The position numbers and the translations under genes were made by a program. A stretch of DNA of 53,941 nt, counting the filler, from Sphacelaria rigidula (taxonomy: Eukaryota), in assembly GCA_964200075.2 (NCBI GenBank). It is 4 parts of 4 records of this genome, joined end to end, with 100 filler letters (N's around TTAATTAATTAA, not from the genome) between each part and the next. Parts side by side here need not be neighbours in the genome. Positions count along the whole stretch, not along the records: positions 13,514 to 26,924 come from CAXNAA020002897.1; 3 more parts are not named here. One strand, written 5' to 3'. The notes beneath the pieces were generated by a model, which made no database searches, was not told where the DNA came from, and was given only the letters and a program-made list of their open reading frames with translations. Shown one piece after another: positions 13,414 to 25,917 of this stretch; within the stretch, counting starts at the first letter, position 1; each line of letters begins with the position of its first letter.

Positions 13414-13513
13414 NNNNNNNNNNNNNNNNNNNNNNNNNNNNNNNNNNNNNNNNNNNNTTAATTAATTAANNNNNNNNNNNNNNNNNNNNNNNNNNNNNNN
13501 NNNNNNNNNNNNN
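13414..13513. other. Artificial contig spacer (N44-TTAATTAATTAA-N44)
   Basis: Exactly 100 nt, with a 12-mer giving stops in all six frames; identical at three positions. Confidence 0.98.
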
Positions 13514-13627
13514 CCTTTTTTGTCATCATTTTGTTCAAAGCCTTCACGCATGCGAGACCCATGACGTTGAAACCTGCGGCACCGCTGCCACGCGCGTCAG
13601 CCGTGGCTTACCACTAGTTAATATTAT

Positions 13628-13640
13628 TATCATCATCATT

Positions 13641-13672
<32 letters not shown>
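13628..13672. repeat. (CAT)n microsatellite
   Basis: Direct reading. Confidence 0.95.
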
Positions 13673-15113
13673 TTCCGCACATTAGCCCGATCCCTCGAAC
13701 CCGTGATCACAGACGTAGGCTCTCCTTTCCAGAACCGTCACATCCTATCCTTACAGGAGATACAGGCTGGTTCACGCCCATCACCCCAAATCGTGTCATC
13801 AGCAAATGCATTCCGCGATACCTACCCAATCGTCGCATACACGGTACAATATTAACCGCAATGAGCACAACTCAAAAGGGTGACATAGCCGGACCTTGTT
13901 CAAGGCCATAAGGGTGACGCTAACGGCGAAACGGTAACGCGACCAATCAGCGCCCATCAAATTGTCCTGAAGTTGAAAATACGAATTCCCAACTCAACTT
14001 CTACCCAGTGTCCAACTGCTTCAGATCGTCGTTATGGAAATCAAACGGGTAAAAACAATTTTGAAATCTGTTACTATGGGATCGAGTCACAGTATACCCG
14101 AATTCGTGGTATTTCGGCGATGTGGGGTCTAGACGTCGTTGGTTGGGTTTACACTGATAACGGGCATGGAAACACCTAGAAAGCCTCCTGATAGTTCCCT
14201 TACATATGTCATAAAAAGGCTCCACTCCCCTCAAAACTTGACAGTTCGGTACGTATTGGTGCGATGGGAAAAAAAAAAGGTGTTTTTGCAAAATACTACA
14301 AATTTTCTACTTCGAAGTTTCAAAATATTTTTCTCGACTCTTTCCCGGCTTCCGGGGGTCCCATCATGAACACATCTGGAAGCCGGTACAGAATGCCTCA
14401 AAATAAAAAAATAATGGAATAATGCGTCTCGAGGTAGTCCAAGGAACATGCAAACTAAGTTTGGCTGCGAAACTCGAAAATCTTATGCAGTCTTCCTCGC
14501 ATTAACGCCGAGCATACCCGAAAAAAGACGCTGCCACACTGTTTGTTCCGCCAGTTCTCGGGAGTCCCCCAAGGGTATATGGCTGACCACCACCCTGGGA
14601 CCCCGAACAACTGGCGGAAAAAAAAAATCGGAAGACCCCATTCATGCAAAGTTTTGTAATGTTCCATAGTACATGTGTGCAAGACGTTTCAGAGTCCAAG
14701 CCCAAAAATCGGCGTGAACATTTGCGGATGACTGAAATTTTGGATGATAAAACGTGCACCATCCTGAAAAAGCGCCCTCTATTTCTTCTGAGTGAGACTC
14801 CGAAAACGGAGCAAAATAGACACCACAACAAAACGGTCAAAGAAAGAGAGAGAGAGAGAGAGACGTCAAAAAAACAGATGCGAAAAAGCCCCCACTTTCC
14901 CCCCCCCTCTCCCCCGACTTGACTTGGTCGGGGTGTAGGCCTATTGATAGCAATAAGACCGCCGAGAAGCCGGGGGACCTCCGTCGGCAACGACACTGGA
15001 TGCTGCTTGTTCCATGCAGACACTGTTTGAAACGCCGCACGTGCTCATAGTTATTATCCTCGCGTGCGCCAGGCAGCCTACACACGCTCAGAACAAGCGG
15101 TGAGCGAACCTAC

Positions 15114-18100
15114 CTGGTCGCCAAGCCCCAATGCGAAGCGCAAATCCTTTTGGGCGTGCTTCAGGGGGAAGTTGGGTGCGAATTTATTCTCGTGCATCAG
15201 CGGACCCTTGAGCGCGAACATGGGATTCGCCATAGCTCCCTGCCCAAGAATCTGGAACACATACAACGAGCAGCATGCAAACAACGACGAATCGTCATGC
15301 TCCATCCATGAGCGATTGCTGTAGAGCATTGGCGGGCAAGAGGGCGGTGGGGAAAACGTTCCAGTACCAATATACAAATGTCACATTCACGCAAGATATG
15401 AGATCACCTGTGCGCGAGGGATAGTTTAACCTGTTGAATATTTGAAATACAACAATGTGAGAGGGGGGGGCGGGGGCCATTTGTTGCTTGTCTCGGTAAT
15501 AAAGTAATTCGACGGTTGACCACGTATCCCTTTCGAGACGAAGCATCGTTCCCACTCCTAGTAGAGACACCTCCAGCATCTGGGCGCTGATTACGTTTCT
15601 TCCACGCATTACAGAATAATATTTGACGTATCTTATCCCCTTCCTGTTTAGCCGTCTGTGACCCCCACCTATGAATACAACAACGGGGAGGGGGGGGGGG
15701 GCGTACTCATTTGTTGCTTGCCTTAGTACTTTGACCATTGCCAACGTCTTCCTTTCGAGACAGAGCACCGCTTCCCACTCCTAATAGAGACACCTCCAAC
15801 ATTTGGGCGCTGATTACGTTTCTTCCATGAAGAGGGGTGGGGGGACACTCAATCAATTGATCGACCAAACAGGAAGCCCGTTGCTTCAACCGGTTCTGCT
15901 TGACGAGCGCTCAAAGCGCGAAGCACTCCAGTCTCGAATACAACAGTGCCGCCTCTGCATCACGGTCATGATAAAAACAAGAACTGATCGAACGTAAACG
16001 AACAAAAAATATTATATCTACCCGCTCTTTCCGTTGGGCTCAACTACCCGCCGGGCAACGACTCCCTCACCCCCTCGTCCCCCCCCCAAAAAAAAAGAAG
16101 ATTTCGTGTTTGATGTTCCTTGCATATACCTCGATGAGCGCGTCATTTTCCAGTCCTAGGGCAGCGGACAGCGTCATCCCCTCTGCCAACGACGTCATCA
16201 TAGTGGACATCACCATGTTTACCTGGGCAAAAAAAAGTCAAAATCGAAAAATCAATCGAAACGAGGCAATACATGCAGAGCAAAACACGACTTCAGTAAG
16301 GAAAAACTAGCGCCTTCGGTATTATCTTGTTTCACTCAGCGACGACTCAGGGCGGTCATGAAAGAAGGTGCGCAGTGATACCATATTGCACAGGGATTTG
16401 CGTGCGTCCGTCATCAGGATACGCCATGCAACACAGTACTTCGGTGACCGATGATGACTTGGCACCCAATGAGGCGATCGTCATTGGCGGGTTGTTTTGG
16501 CTTTTTACCACAGTCAATATTTTTCTTGGCTGTGAACGATCAACGGTTTGGTGGTTTGCTTTGGCGACACTACTCCCAACGAGGCGCTTGTCGAGCGGCG
16601 AGGCGGATGATCTTTGCTCGTCGTCAACATGCCGCCTTGTTCAAGGACTTCAGGGGAAGTATGTATATGTATATCCAGGATCGCCGACGCTGACACTTTA
16701 TATTTTCCGCACCTCAAGTACATGGTCAATAGTTGCTGCAGGCAAAAAATGTACGGGGTAGATTATAGGCCTGCTACATCTATTGACCATATTTTGTTCA
16801 GGATGCAAAAATTTTCGTAGTTGGCCATTGTAGAGATATGGCACAGTATGCTGACGGTCATGCACTGATAAGTCTGTACAAGACATTCAGCTCCACTAGT
16901 TGGCGCTGTTGTAGATTACCTTCAAACTTGCTGACTGGTGGCTGTGCCGTTGATGGGCTCGAACTTGCTGGTGACCGTTGCAACAATTTATTCTCGAGGC
17001 ATGAAGCACATGCAGCCCTTTGACCGCGAGGATGGGCGCCCTGTTGAATCGGCACCATGTACGCATGCGAAAAATAATATAAATGGTGCCGATTCAACAG
17101 ATCGTCTACTCTCGCGGTCGAAGGGTCAAGCTGGGTAATACTTCCTTGATACATGCCGATTGTTTCCGGCCCCAGTGGATCTACTTGAAATCAATATGCA
17201 CACAAAAATATACTTACAGAAAGAAGACACGCGGGACCCGAGCGAAGGGACGCTCCATCGCGGCTTCTCTCTCTTCATATATACTTCATATATACTTTCT
17301 CTGTCTCATATATTAGGGTACCTGAATCTGTACGGGCCCTCAACCGTGTCCGATCTGTTTTTCGATTTTTCTACTGACCTCTTCGGTGTTTTTTTTAGTA
17401 AAAAACATGTTTTATTTTTTTTCAGTCGGTGCTTGAACCATGCGGCCGAACAGCCGAAAAAAATACAGCCGGCCCAAAAATGGCCGTATTTCACGCCTTT
17501 CCCACGGGACTGCATGACCATCGCAATCTCTACCGCCATTGCGTTGCGGCCATCAACCCATATCTCGGCGCTCCGTTTGCGAGGTGGGGGTGTGATGGGG
17601 GGCGAGTCCATCGCTAGAATGGTGTAGTGGGCAGGTAATGCACTATATTTGGACGCTTTTGATGATATTTTTCGAGAATTGTCAAAGACATCATTGAATA
17701 ATACTCTTGGAAATATTCCCCAAGTAGGCCAAAATAGGGTATACATGTTTAACCCATTTTAGGTGAAGGAATAGAACCCCGTTTTGTTTTTTTTCCTTCT
17801 CTAGCTTGGTATTCGTTTTATCTTTGTAACGAACACGACTATACTATCCTCACTAACACGGTTGTACCCAGACAACGTATTGCCCATAGCTACCCTAACT
17901 TTTGAGACAGAGGAAGTATATATATATATATATGTAGTATCGTTCTCGATGACACTTTTTCATAGCCCTGACACCTTTTGTGGTCCCTTATAAAAAAAAA
18001 CATGTATTCATGTATTCATGTTGGGTGCCGCACGCACTTTCAATTCAGGTATACTCGTTATATTGGCAGCCCGCATGGACGACATGCTAACGGTGATACG

Positions 18101-21100
18101 CTGGGTGTACAGAGGCGTTTTTGCAGGAAACATTCAACTGGATGAAATGGTGCCGCTACCGATATCTTTCACACGTTGGACAACTCAAATCACCTCAACT
18201 CAAATCGACTCAATTTTGTGACATTCAGCGGTACCTATTTCTACCGGCTGAGTTGTACGGTAAAACTCAGCAGTAGCTATTTACCGGTCGCACCGGTGGC
18301 TCAGTTGTGGCTCAGTTGGTAACCTCGAAACCTTCTGACGGTTGGGTCGTGGGTTCAATTCTCGGAGCGATCTCGGATTTTTCTCACACCATGCCCAATA
18401 GTGGAGAGCGACTATATGTCGTGGGAACACAAAATTCGACTTGACGGTCGACGAGGGAAAGGGACTGCTGAACCCCTTTCGCGATAAAAAGTAAAGACAT
18501 GCACCGCAGAAGGAAGGTAGGGCACCAAAAACAAATAAAAAAGATAAAGCTCCTGTGTTGACCTTCCTCCGGCGTGACCCCGGCTGATCCGCCCACATAT
18601 ACCGAAAGGTGTAGGCCGGCATCCAGAATAGATGGGACGACAACACACCACACACCTATTTCCAGTATAGATGGGTCACACAATGTAACATGAGTAAACT
18701 AATGAGTTGTCGACTTGTGATATATATATATATATATATTTTGCTTTTACACCTGCTTGATGTAAAACCGCAATGTATTACGGATTACGAAGTGCATGAC
18801 ACCTACCTTTTCTTCTTTCTTCACTTTTCTTCAGCGAGTGTTTCCATTTCGTTTTTCATCTTTCGTACGCCTATCATGTAGATCATGACCGCGACTGGAT
18901 CATGACCATGACTGGATCATGACTCCTGGGGGCAAGATATGGTTGTTTTCTTCAACTACGGTACTGTTCATGCAGCCCACCAAAACGGTGGACCACCGTC
19001 AGTTCAAGTATATGAATGTGACAGATTCGTGCACCGAACCCCGAGAGAGCTGGCATATGAGAGTTTGCAAAACGTCACTTTTCCGTCAACGGTTCCAAAA
19101 GGGTTCAGGTGCGCTAATCCATCCATCAATGGATCAATCAATCGATGACATGACAAAAGACGTTTACCAAACTTTGGATTTTTCCCTCTTGCTTCCACTT
19201 GCAAATGGATACCTCGGTGCACGTTGTGCTTCTCTATTTTTTCTCGCACTTTGAACCCCTCCCCTTCCTCGGGATGAGTTCGTGCTCTCAAGGGATCACT
19301 CCATCGCTCCCCCGGTACGTGCCTTTTGTGGTGGTCTCGCGGGTTGGGTCATGACTATCAGCACTCCCGCACCGCGTCAACTCACCTCAAACAAACTCAG
19401 TCGTCGACTACTTTGTTTACCCACGTCCTCACGCTTTCCACGTTGGAAGTCAGATATTACGAAGAAAAAACCCAACGCATCGAGAATCGAACCCTCGTTC
19501 TCTCCACCCTAACGGTGACAGTCGGACCATTACACCACCGGGGCGCGGCAGTTCATTATATGATGCCACCTCACAACACGGTAAATATGAATACGGCACA
19601 CATTTTTGGTTCCATACCTCATGGGGGGAAAAAATGCAACGGCGCCTTTCCATAGAGAGCCGCAGGACTTTGCTTATTCATTTCTCAAGCGAGAGGTAAA
19701 AATGAACACGACAGATTGAGGACGCGAACACAAGATGACAGAAAAAAAAATGCCTCGACACCGCCATGCGTGCTCTGCCGACACTCCAGCATACCCTGCC
19801 CGACACCAAAGAATCCGGATCAGCAAACCATTCTAGTAGGCTTACGTATAGCTTTGGGCGCATATATATGGTTGACAGCATGACTGTTTGATTTTAGAAT
19901 GGACAAAGTTCTGTGAAAATTCATGGTTCGGGGCAGGTGAGCAGTAGATCCAGCTCGTCCAGAACGTTTTTTGTCGAAATCGGCGCCAGCGGCGTCGATT
20001 TGAGGTTTACCAACGCATACATACCTTGTCTACAGGGGAACCTATGCACTCCCTTTGCCCGAGGGTCTTGTACGCCTTGGGTCGGGGCTAGGGTTAGGAT
20101 TATTGTTTTTATTAGTTTGTTCGAAAAAATCAACCATAGATATACGCCCAAAGCTGTAGGTCTCCTCAATCAATCCCGCAACACGAACGGTGGCTCCCCT
20201 CCCACCCTCCCCCCCGCCACACACACACAGACATCCATCACGGCGGGATTGGGTTGAATTTCGAGAAAAGAGCAAAAAGGAAAGAGAAGAAAAAAAAAAA
20301 TGAAGAGATGAAAAAGATGAAAACAAAAACAACCGAGAGAAAAAGAGCGGAAAAGAGCAAATATAAAAGAAAAAACATTACACACCCCGGACAATATATG
20401 GTCAATAGGTGCAATAGACGAGAAGTGTACTGCATAAAGTTTAGGCCTATTACAACTATTGCCGGCCGACAATAGTCGCAATAGGCCTATACTTCATGCA
20501 GCACTTTTCTTATCTATTGCAGCTATTGACCATATACTGTCCAAGGTGTGAAATATTATAAAAACAATCAAATTTTGCGATCCAACTCACCACAAGCTTC
20601 ATTTCAGTTCCTTTCCCCGCCGGCCCCAGGAAGTGGCTGGCCTGAGCGGTAGGGTATATTGCCCCAGGGGCGCGACGGTGTTCGGCGCGCGATGGCACAA
20701 AACGAGGGTGCGGATAACCCCGTGTGGATCAATTAACGGTAGGACGTGAATAATGAAGGAAGCAAGGCGCCACAACTACACTACCTTTCAAGCTCGATCT
20801 AGAGCGAGGTGCGTGAAGGGCCACGTACATGTGATGTTCATACGACAAATACCGAGGAATGATTTTACCGTGTTTGATTCATTGATTCATTGATCCGTTC
20901 GTTCATGGATTGATTTATGGATTGATTGCTTCGTACAGCCGGATCCCTCAGAGATCAGTTGGGGGTCTGTTAACGGGGCAATCCCCCCCCCCTCTCCCCC
21001 CGTGCCCCCTCTTTTTCGTCTTCTTTCAACTTTTTTTCCAAATGTTCGGGAAAAACGACTATTCGCATTTTTTCCGACTTCTTCGAAAACAAAGTTGCTC

Positions 21101-24100
21101 GGAAAAAAATCCGACTCTACTTTTCTCGGAGAAATCTGTAGTCAGTCTCGAATTGATCTTTTTCCTCATCTGGGTAAGAAATATGCTCTCATTGGTGGGA
21201 GATGACAATTTCCCCCGAAGAATCTGAAATTTCGGGAGGGGAGGGGGGGGGCGACAGATTCTTCAGTAATACCCCTTTCTGTACTCTGCGACCACCAATT
21301 GACCAATCGGACCAACCAATATTGACGAATAACAGCGGATCATCGAAATTGAGGATGGAACTTTTCATTGAGGATGAGAACCCGGAGGATTAGAATCTTC
21401 GTATCCACATCAAATCTTCGAAATATGATTCCATTCCTTCACCTACTGGTAGCTATCAACAAATACTACACGTCATACAAAATTGGATTTCGATAACCGA
21501 AATGTTGGAGGCCTAGATGGAAAAACAATTTCGGGGAATTTCGGCGATCCGATCGGATCACCTAAATTCCCCAAATTAACTGTTTTCTTGATCCAGGACC
21601 CCGACATTTCGGTTAATGAAATCCAAAATTGTAGGGCGATACCAGTTGCCGACGGCTATCAGTGGGTGAAGGAATGGAACCATATTTTCAAGATTTAGTG
21701 CGATTACGAATATATTAATCCTCCGGGTTCTCCTCCTCAATGAAAAGCTCCATCCTCAATTTCGATGATCGGCTGTTGAATGCGCGCTAAACTCAGTACA
21801 GTACGTGTCCATGTATCCATCGATACAAATATAAGCCTACCTTGCCCATGAGCTCTAGATCCTTCGTGGCGGTGTCGAAGAGCTCCCTGTCTCCCCCGCA
21901 TAAGAACACCAGCTGTCCGTTTGCCGCGGGTACCTTTCGAACGAGGTTCCGTGACAGTAAAAAAAAAAAAGCAACAGAACAAGCCACGACATGATCACAC
22001 TTCTACAATAAACTACTGACTAATCGCGATCGTCCACGACTGCGGACAGAGGACGTAGACTGCAGGGATTCATTGGATTTGAAGTCGGTAGGATCGAATA
22101 GTATGTGCCCAGTAATAACTTCGGCGATATTGACTGATTAATTCATCGATTGTCGCACAATAACCGACTGATCCTAGCACCGAAGCTCTCAACCCTTTTG
22201 GAACCCATTGAGGAATTTTGTTTTTGTGAATCGGCATCATTTTGACTTGAAAATGAGTGAAAATGATGCCGATTCGCAAAAACAAAGATCGCCAACGGGT
22301 TCCAAAAGGGTCAAGAGTAGAGCAGCGCGTGCACTCCGCAGAGCCGACAGGGGGGCTTCAAGTGGGTCGGACGAACCCCCACATTGCTTCGAGCAAAAGC
22401 TTGCACGGTTCGGGCCAATCATCGCCGGTTCGAATCACCAAATCCACGATTTCTTAGGCCTGATTAATCGAAAGAGAGAAAAAAAAAGTCGACCGCTCGT
22501 CAAACAGGTGGTCTCCACGCAACGTTTGCGCCATTCCACGTGCCTGGGCTTCGCGTTCCTCGGTTGCAACGCTGAAAATAGAGCGTAAGGATTGATCCCT
22601 ACTGTACGAATCAATCACACCAAAATCAAGGAATTTTCGGACGAATCATCAATTCGTCCGGCCCTTGAAAGCTTGCGAACTCTCGAGGCGCCTACCCCAC
22701 ATGATTGCGGCGAGCCAGTCAAGGCGAGCCTCGGGGCAATCGACGCACGAACCCGCCTGCACGGCAAAGTGTTGGGTCAGGTTTCTTCCTTCCTTCCTTC
22801 CTTCCTTCAGGGAAAAAACAAACAAAAACTCTTCCTGGACCCTTGGACAGCGAGAGTAGGTCATTTATAGAATCGGCATCAATTTCACTCGAAAAAAGTG
22901 TGTATAGTCCAGATGGACTACGTTCGCGGTCTAAGGATTAAGGTCACAATATAGACGTACCCAAAGGTGAACGAAACGGAAACGCTCGCTAAAAAAATAA
23001 AAAAAGCGGGAAAAAAATAAGAAGATGGAACAAATAAATAGAGGCAACTAACGATATATACCAATACCATGCATACTGAGGGAAGCGCATAATAGTCACC
23101 ATAAAAATCGAATAGCAACCCGTTGACACTCTGTTTTTACCATTCAACCATAGTCAGCCGGAAAAAAGCGCGTGTCAAAAACGCAACGGCATCACATCAT
23201 ATAGTGTCATACCACAAATGCGTTGATTGATTTTGATTGATTGATTGTCGTACTTTAACTGACCCTTCGTGGGTCCAGCCGCGGTGGCATGGTAAATGTG
23301 TGTTTATACTATACATGATTGTGTGTGAGTGCGGAGTGTAGTGCGTACAGCAACAGAACGTGTGGCAAAACAGGCCGAGATATCCGCCACGCCAACACTA
23401 GATTGGAAAAAAAACATGTGGATGATAGAAAAGTCCCAGGGCGAACACGCACATCACATGGAGTTCGCCATTTTTTCATGTAGAGTACGCCTTACATCGG
23501 CGGACTACAGAACAAACATGGAAAAAAGTATCACAACACATGAAAGGAACAGCAGCGGAGCTTTCCACGCGACCATCCGCCGTGCTACCGGGCTGGCATG
23601 ACCTAGCCTTTATTGTTTGACCGCTAAGGTCAATCATTTTAAGCCTAGGTATTGTACTACTACGCAGACGCGAACATTTGTGAAACGACTTCATTCTAAT
23701 GAGTAAAAAAAACGGAACAGTTTGCAGGGCTCTTTGCGTTACACGTCACACGTACGTTACACGTCACAACGGTGTGACGTGACGTGACATATCTTTCTCG
23801 AAGACGTCACAAGTGCGACTTGCCGTGACGGATAATCTTCAAGATGTCACATTTGTGACGTGACGTGTAACATGTAACGTAAAGAGCCCTGATATTTTTC
23901 GATTCAGCAAACTATCATAATGGCTTGACACGCTGGCATGCCATGTAATATTTCTAGAACACAAAAGTTGGCAAGGGCGACCGGCGGTAAGGCAGGTGAT
24001 TTTAAACATCAATCAATCAATCAAACAAACATACTACAACGTTGTGTTCTGTAAGGTACGGGTACATCCTCCAGGGTATGAGATTCCTTGCAGAACTCAC

Positions 24101-25917
24101 AGAACTGTCGAGTAAGGGTATGGGAGGCTTACAGAACCCGCAGGAACTGTCGGGTAGGGTATGGAGATTGCACAGAAAACCGTACCCGCAACCGGGTATA
24201 TTATCAAGAGCATACCCGTGCCCCCCGGTAACGGTACGGGAGGCTTACAGAACTCACAGAACTATCGGGTACCGGTATGGAAATCTCACAGAGTTCACAG
24301 AACTGTCGGGTACGGTAAACACCCGGCAAAATACCCCGGGTATACAGGAGGCCGTACCCTACAGAACACGACCTTGGTTTTACCATCACCCCTGTGGTGG
24401 GACCTACGTCATTACAACAGTAGCGAAGTACAGATGACAGTTCACGAAAACTCTGAACGGCTTCACGGGGTTGAGGGAGAAAGACTACACGAACAATCGC
24501 AGTAGTACATGTGCACCGGATCGTCAACATATGTCGGCTTCATGTACACTCCCAGAGAGTACATGAAGAAGTATTCACTACTGCCCACTCTCTGGATGCC
24601 CTTCGGCACGCGACCAAATCGCTGACGGCCTTGACGATTTTCGGTGGCAGCTCATGCTCTGTGCTGTACATGTCGATAACGGCCTGGGGTTTGATGACCA
24701 CGACACAACCACCGTCAACGTCGATGACGTGCGTCTTGCTACTTGATCCTCTGGTGGCGCCGATGAATCGCCCACGCCCGAGCCACCACTCGAGTCTGGG
24801 GATGGACCGTCCTCACGGTCTGCAGTGCTGCTCATGTTTCGTGTTTCCACTCAGCGGTATACCTTGTAACCCGTCAGATCCCGAACTAAATAACTTTTCA
24901 AAATTGAATTACTATTGGTGTGCAGTTTTGAATGAAGGAGTTGGGCGGGTTGATCGATGGGAGGTACATGTTGAGGGCATTAGGTTGTGTTTTGATTGAA
25001 CCTATATCCGTACCTCCCCAAGGTTTATTTTACCTGTGCTCATACCTACAATCGGGTATATCTATAACGGTATACCCTAACCCCGGGTAGGGGTAGGGGA
25101 GACTTGCAGAGCTCACAGAACTATCGAGTACTGGTACTAGATGAACATCATACAGAAATTACAGAACTTGTCGGGTACGATATGGGAGGCTTACAGAAAA
25201 CCGGTACCGGCAATCGGGTATTTTTTCAAGAGTATACCCGCGCTCCGGGTACAGGTAAACATTATGTACATAAGTCACAGAAATGTCGGGTAAGGGTACG
25301 AGGGGCTTACAGAACTCACAGAAACTGTCGGGTAGGGTATGGAGGCTGCACAGAAAACCGTACCCGCAATCAGGTATCTTATCAAGAGCGTGCCCGTGCC
25401 CCCCGGTAACGGTACGGGAGTCTTACCGATATTACAGAACTATCGGGTAAGGGTATGAAAGTCTTACAGATATTGCAGAACTGTCGGGTACCGGTATGAA
25501 AGTCTTACAGAAGTTACAGAATCGTCGGGTACGGTAAATACCCGGCAAAATACCCCGGGTATACAGAAAATCGTACCCTATAGAACACAACCTTGAAATA
25601 CTACAGTACAAACAGTACGAAGGGTTTCACCTGTACAGGACAAGCTCGATATACATACGGCCGACCCTTCGCGACAACTTGTGAAATCCAGCACCATTGC
25701 CGCCACCGCCACTGTCAGCATCATGCATGCCTTTCTCCATCGCACTGCACTATCCACACGATTCCAACCGGCACACTCGTACGATACCGCAAAATCACCG
25801 TCAACCGTACCAATGTGGCCATCTCTGTGGCAGTACACATACCTTACTACCCGAGACGGGCGCCTCCAAGAACTTGGCTCCCTTCCCGGATGCCTCGCTG
25901 TACATATCTTGCATGTC
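15114..25917 (-). CDS. NAD(P)-dependent 3-hydroxyisobutyrate/6PGD-family dehydrogenase, glyoxylate/succinic semialdehyde reductase (GLYR)-like; internal exons only
   Basis: Five phase-0 GT-AG exons: 25917-25843 (DMQDMYSEASGKGAKFLEAPVSGSK), 21933-21841 (VPAANGQLVFLCGGDRELFDTATKDLELMGK), 20641-20591 (ASHFLGPAGKGTEMKLV), 16222-16130 (VNMVMSTMMTSLAEGMTLSAALGLENDALIE), 15251-15114 (ILGQGAMANPMFALKGPLMHENKFAPNFPLKHAQKDLRFALGLGDQ). FLEAPVSGSK, catalytic KLVVN and FPLKHxQKD are GLYR hallmarks. The 5' exons and the last exon were not identified. Confidence 0.92.
15478..15830. repeat. Diverged direct duplication (~130 bp), each copy preceded by a G-run
   Basis: CATTTGTTGCTTG...CCTTTCGAGAC...TTCCCACTCCTA...GGGCGCTGATTACGTTTCT at 15478-15605 and 15708-15828. 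Confidence 0.75.
18290..18660 (+). mobile_element. Probable tRNA-derived SINE, family 2
   Basis: Duplicated A box (GTGGCTCAGTTGTGGCTCAGTTGG) and B box GGGTTCAATTCTC, then ~290 nt of non-tRNA body ending in short CA-rich repeats. Single copy in this window. Confidence 0.55.
19250..19548 (-). mobile_element. tRNA-derived SINE, family 1
   Basis: Minus strand reads GCCGCGCCCCGGTGGTGTAATGG...GGGTTCGATTCTCG, then the same conserved body as 8883-9200. Confidence 0.75.
20388..20543. mobile_element. Small MITE (GGACAATATATGGTCAATAG...CTATTGACCATATACTGTCC); relative at ~16715-16800
   Basis: Terminal inverted repeats visible directly. Confidence 0.65.
21331..21778. mobile_element. ~450-bp foldback MITE (almost entirely palindromic)
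   Basis: AACAGCGGATCATCGAAATTGAGGATGGA... pairs with ...TCCATCCTCAATTTCGATGATCGGCTGTT; centre GATCCGATCGGATC at ~21546-21559. Confidence 0.85.
22193..22310. mobile_element. piggyBac-like hairpin MITE with TCAA target duplication
   Basis: TCAA-CCCTTTTGGAACCC...GGGTTCCAAAAGGG-TCAA. Confidence 0.8.
22355..22670. mobile_element. ~300-bp MITE (GGGTCGGACGAA...TTCGTCCGGCCC); copies at 11735-12003 and 32195-32450 (inverted)
   Basis: Shared core ATCATCGCCGGTTCGAATCACCAAATCCACGATTT...CGCCATTCCACGTGCCTGGGCT on three contigs. Confidence 0.75.
23725..23891. mobile_element. MITE (CAGGGCTCTTT...AAAGAGCCCTG) rich in GTCAC/GTGAC
   Basis: Terminal inverted repeats and palindromic interior. Confidence 0.75.
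24037..24376. mobile_element. TIR element, same family as 9713-10467
   Basis: GTTGTGTTCTGTAAGGTACG...CGTACCCTACAGAACACGACCTTG termini; CAGAACTCACAGAACTGTCGGGT subrepeats. Confidence 0.8.
25040..25595. mobile_element. TIR element, same family as 9713-10467
   Basis: Same subrepeats and right terminus GTACCCTATAGAACACAACCTTG; left boundary approximate. Confidence 0.75.

Noticed and set aside
13458..13469. TTAATTAATTAA as a biological motif
   Set aside because: Embedded in fixed-length N runs three times; assembly linker.
13514..15060. Final GLYR exon candidates (HPVSLPT.../FSAV near 14950-15010; acceptor near 13575)
   Set aside because: The motif-like pieces are in different frames or hit an early stop; no supportable phase-0 terminal exon.
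22696..22757. Possible extra GLYR exon (AG...GT bounded on the minus strand)
   Set aside because: The flanking exons already join as FLEAPVSGSK|VPAANG, and this piece would shift the frame.
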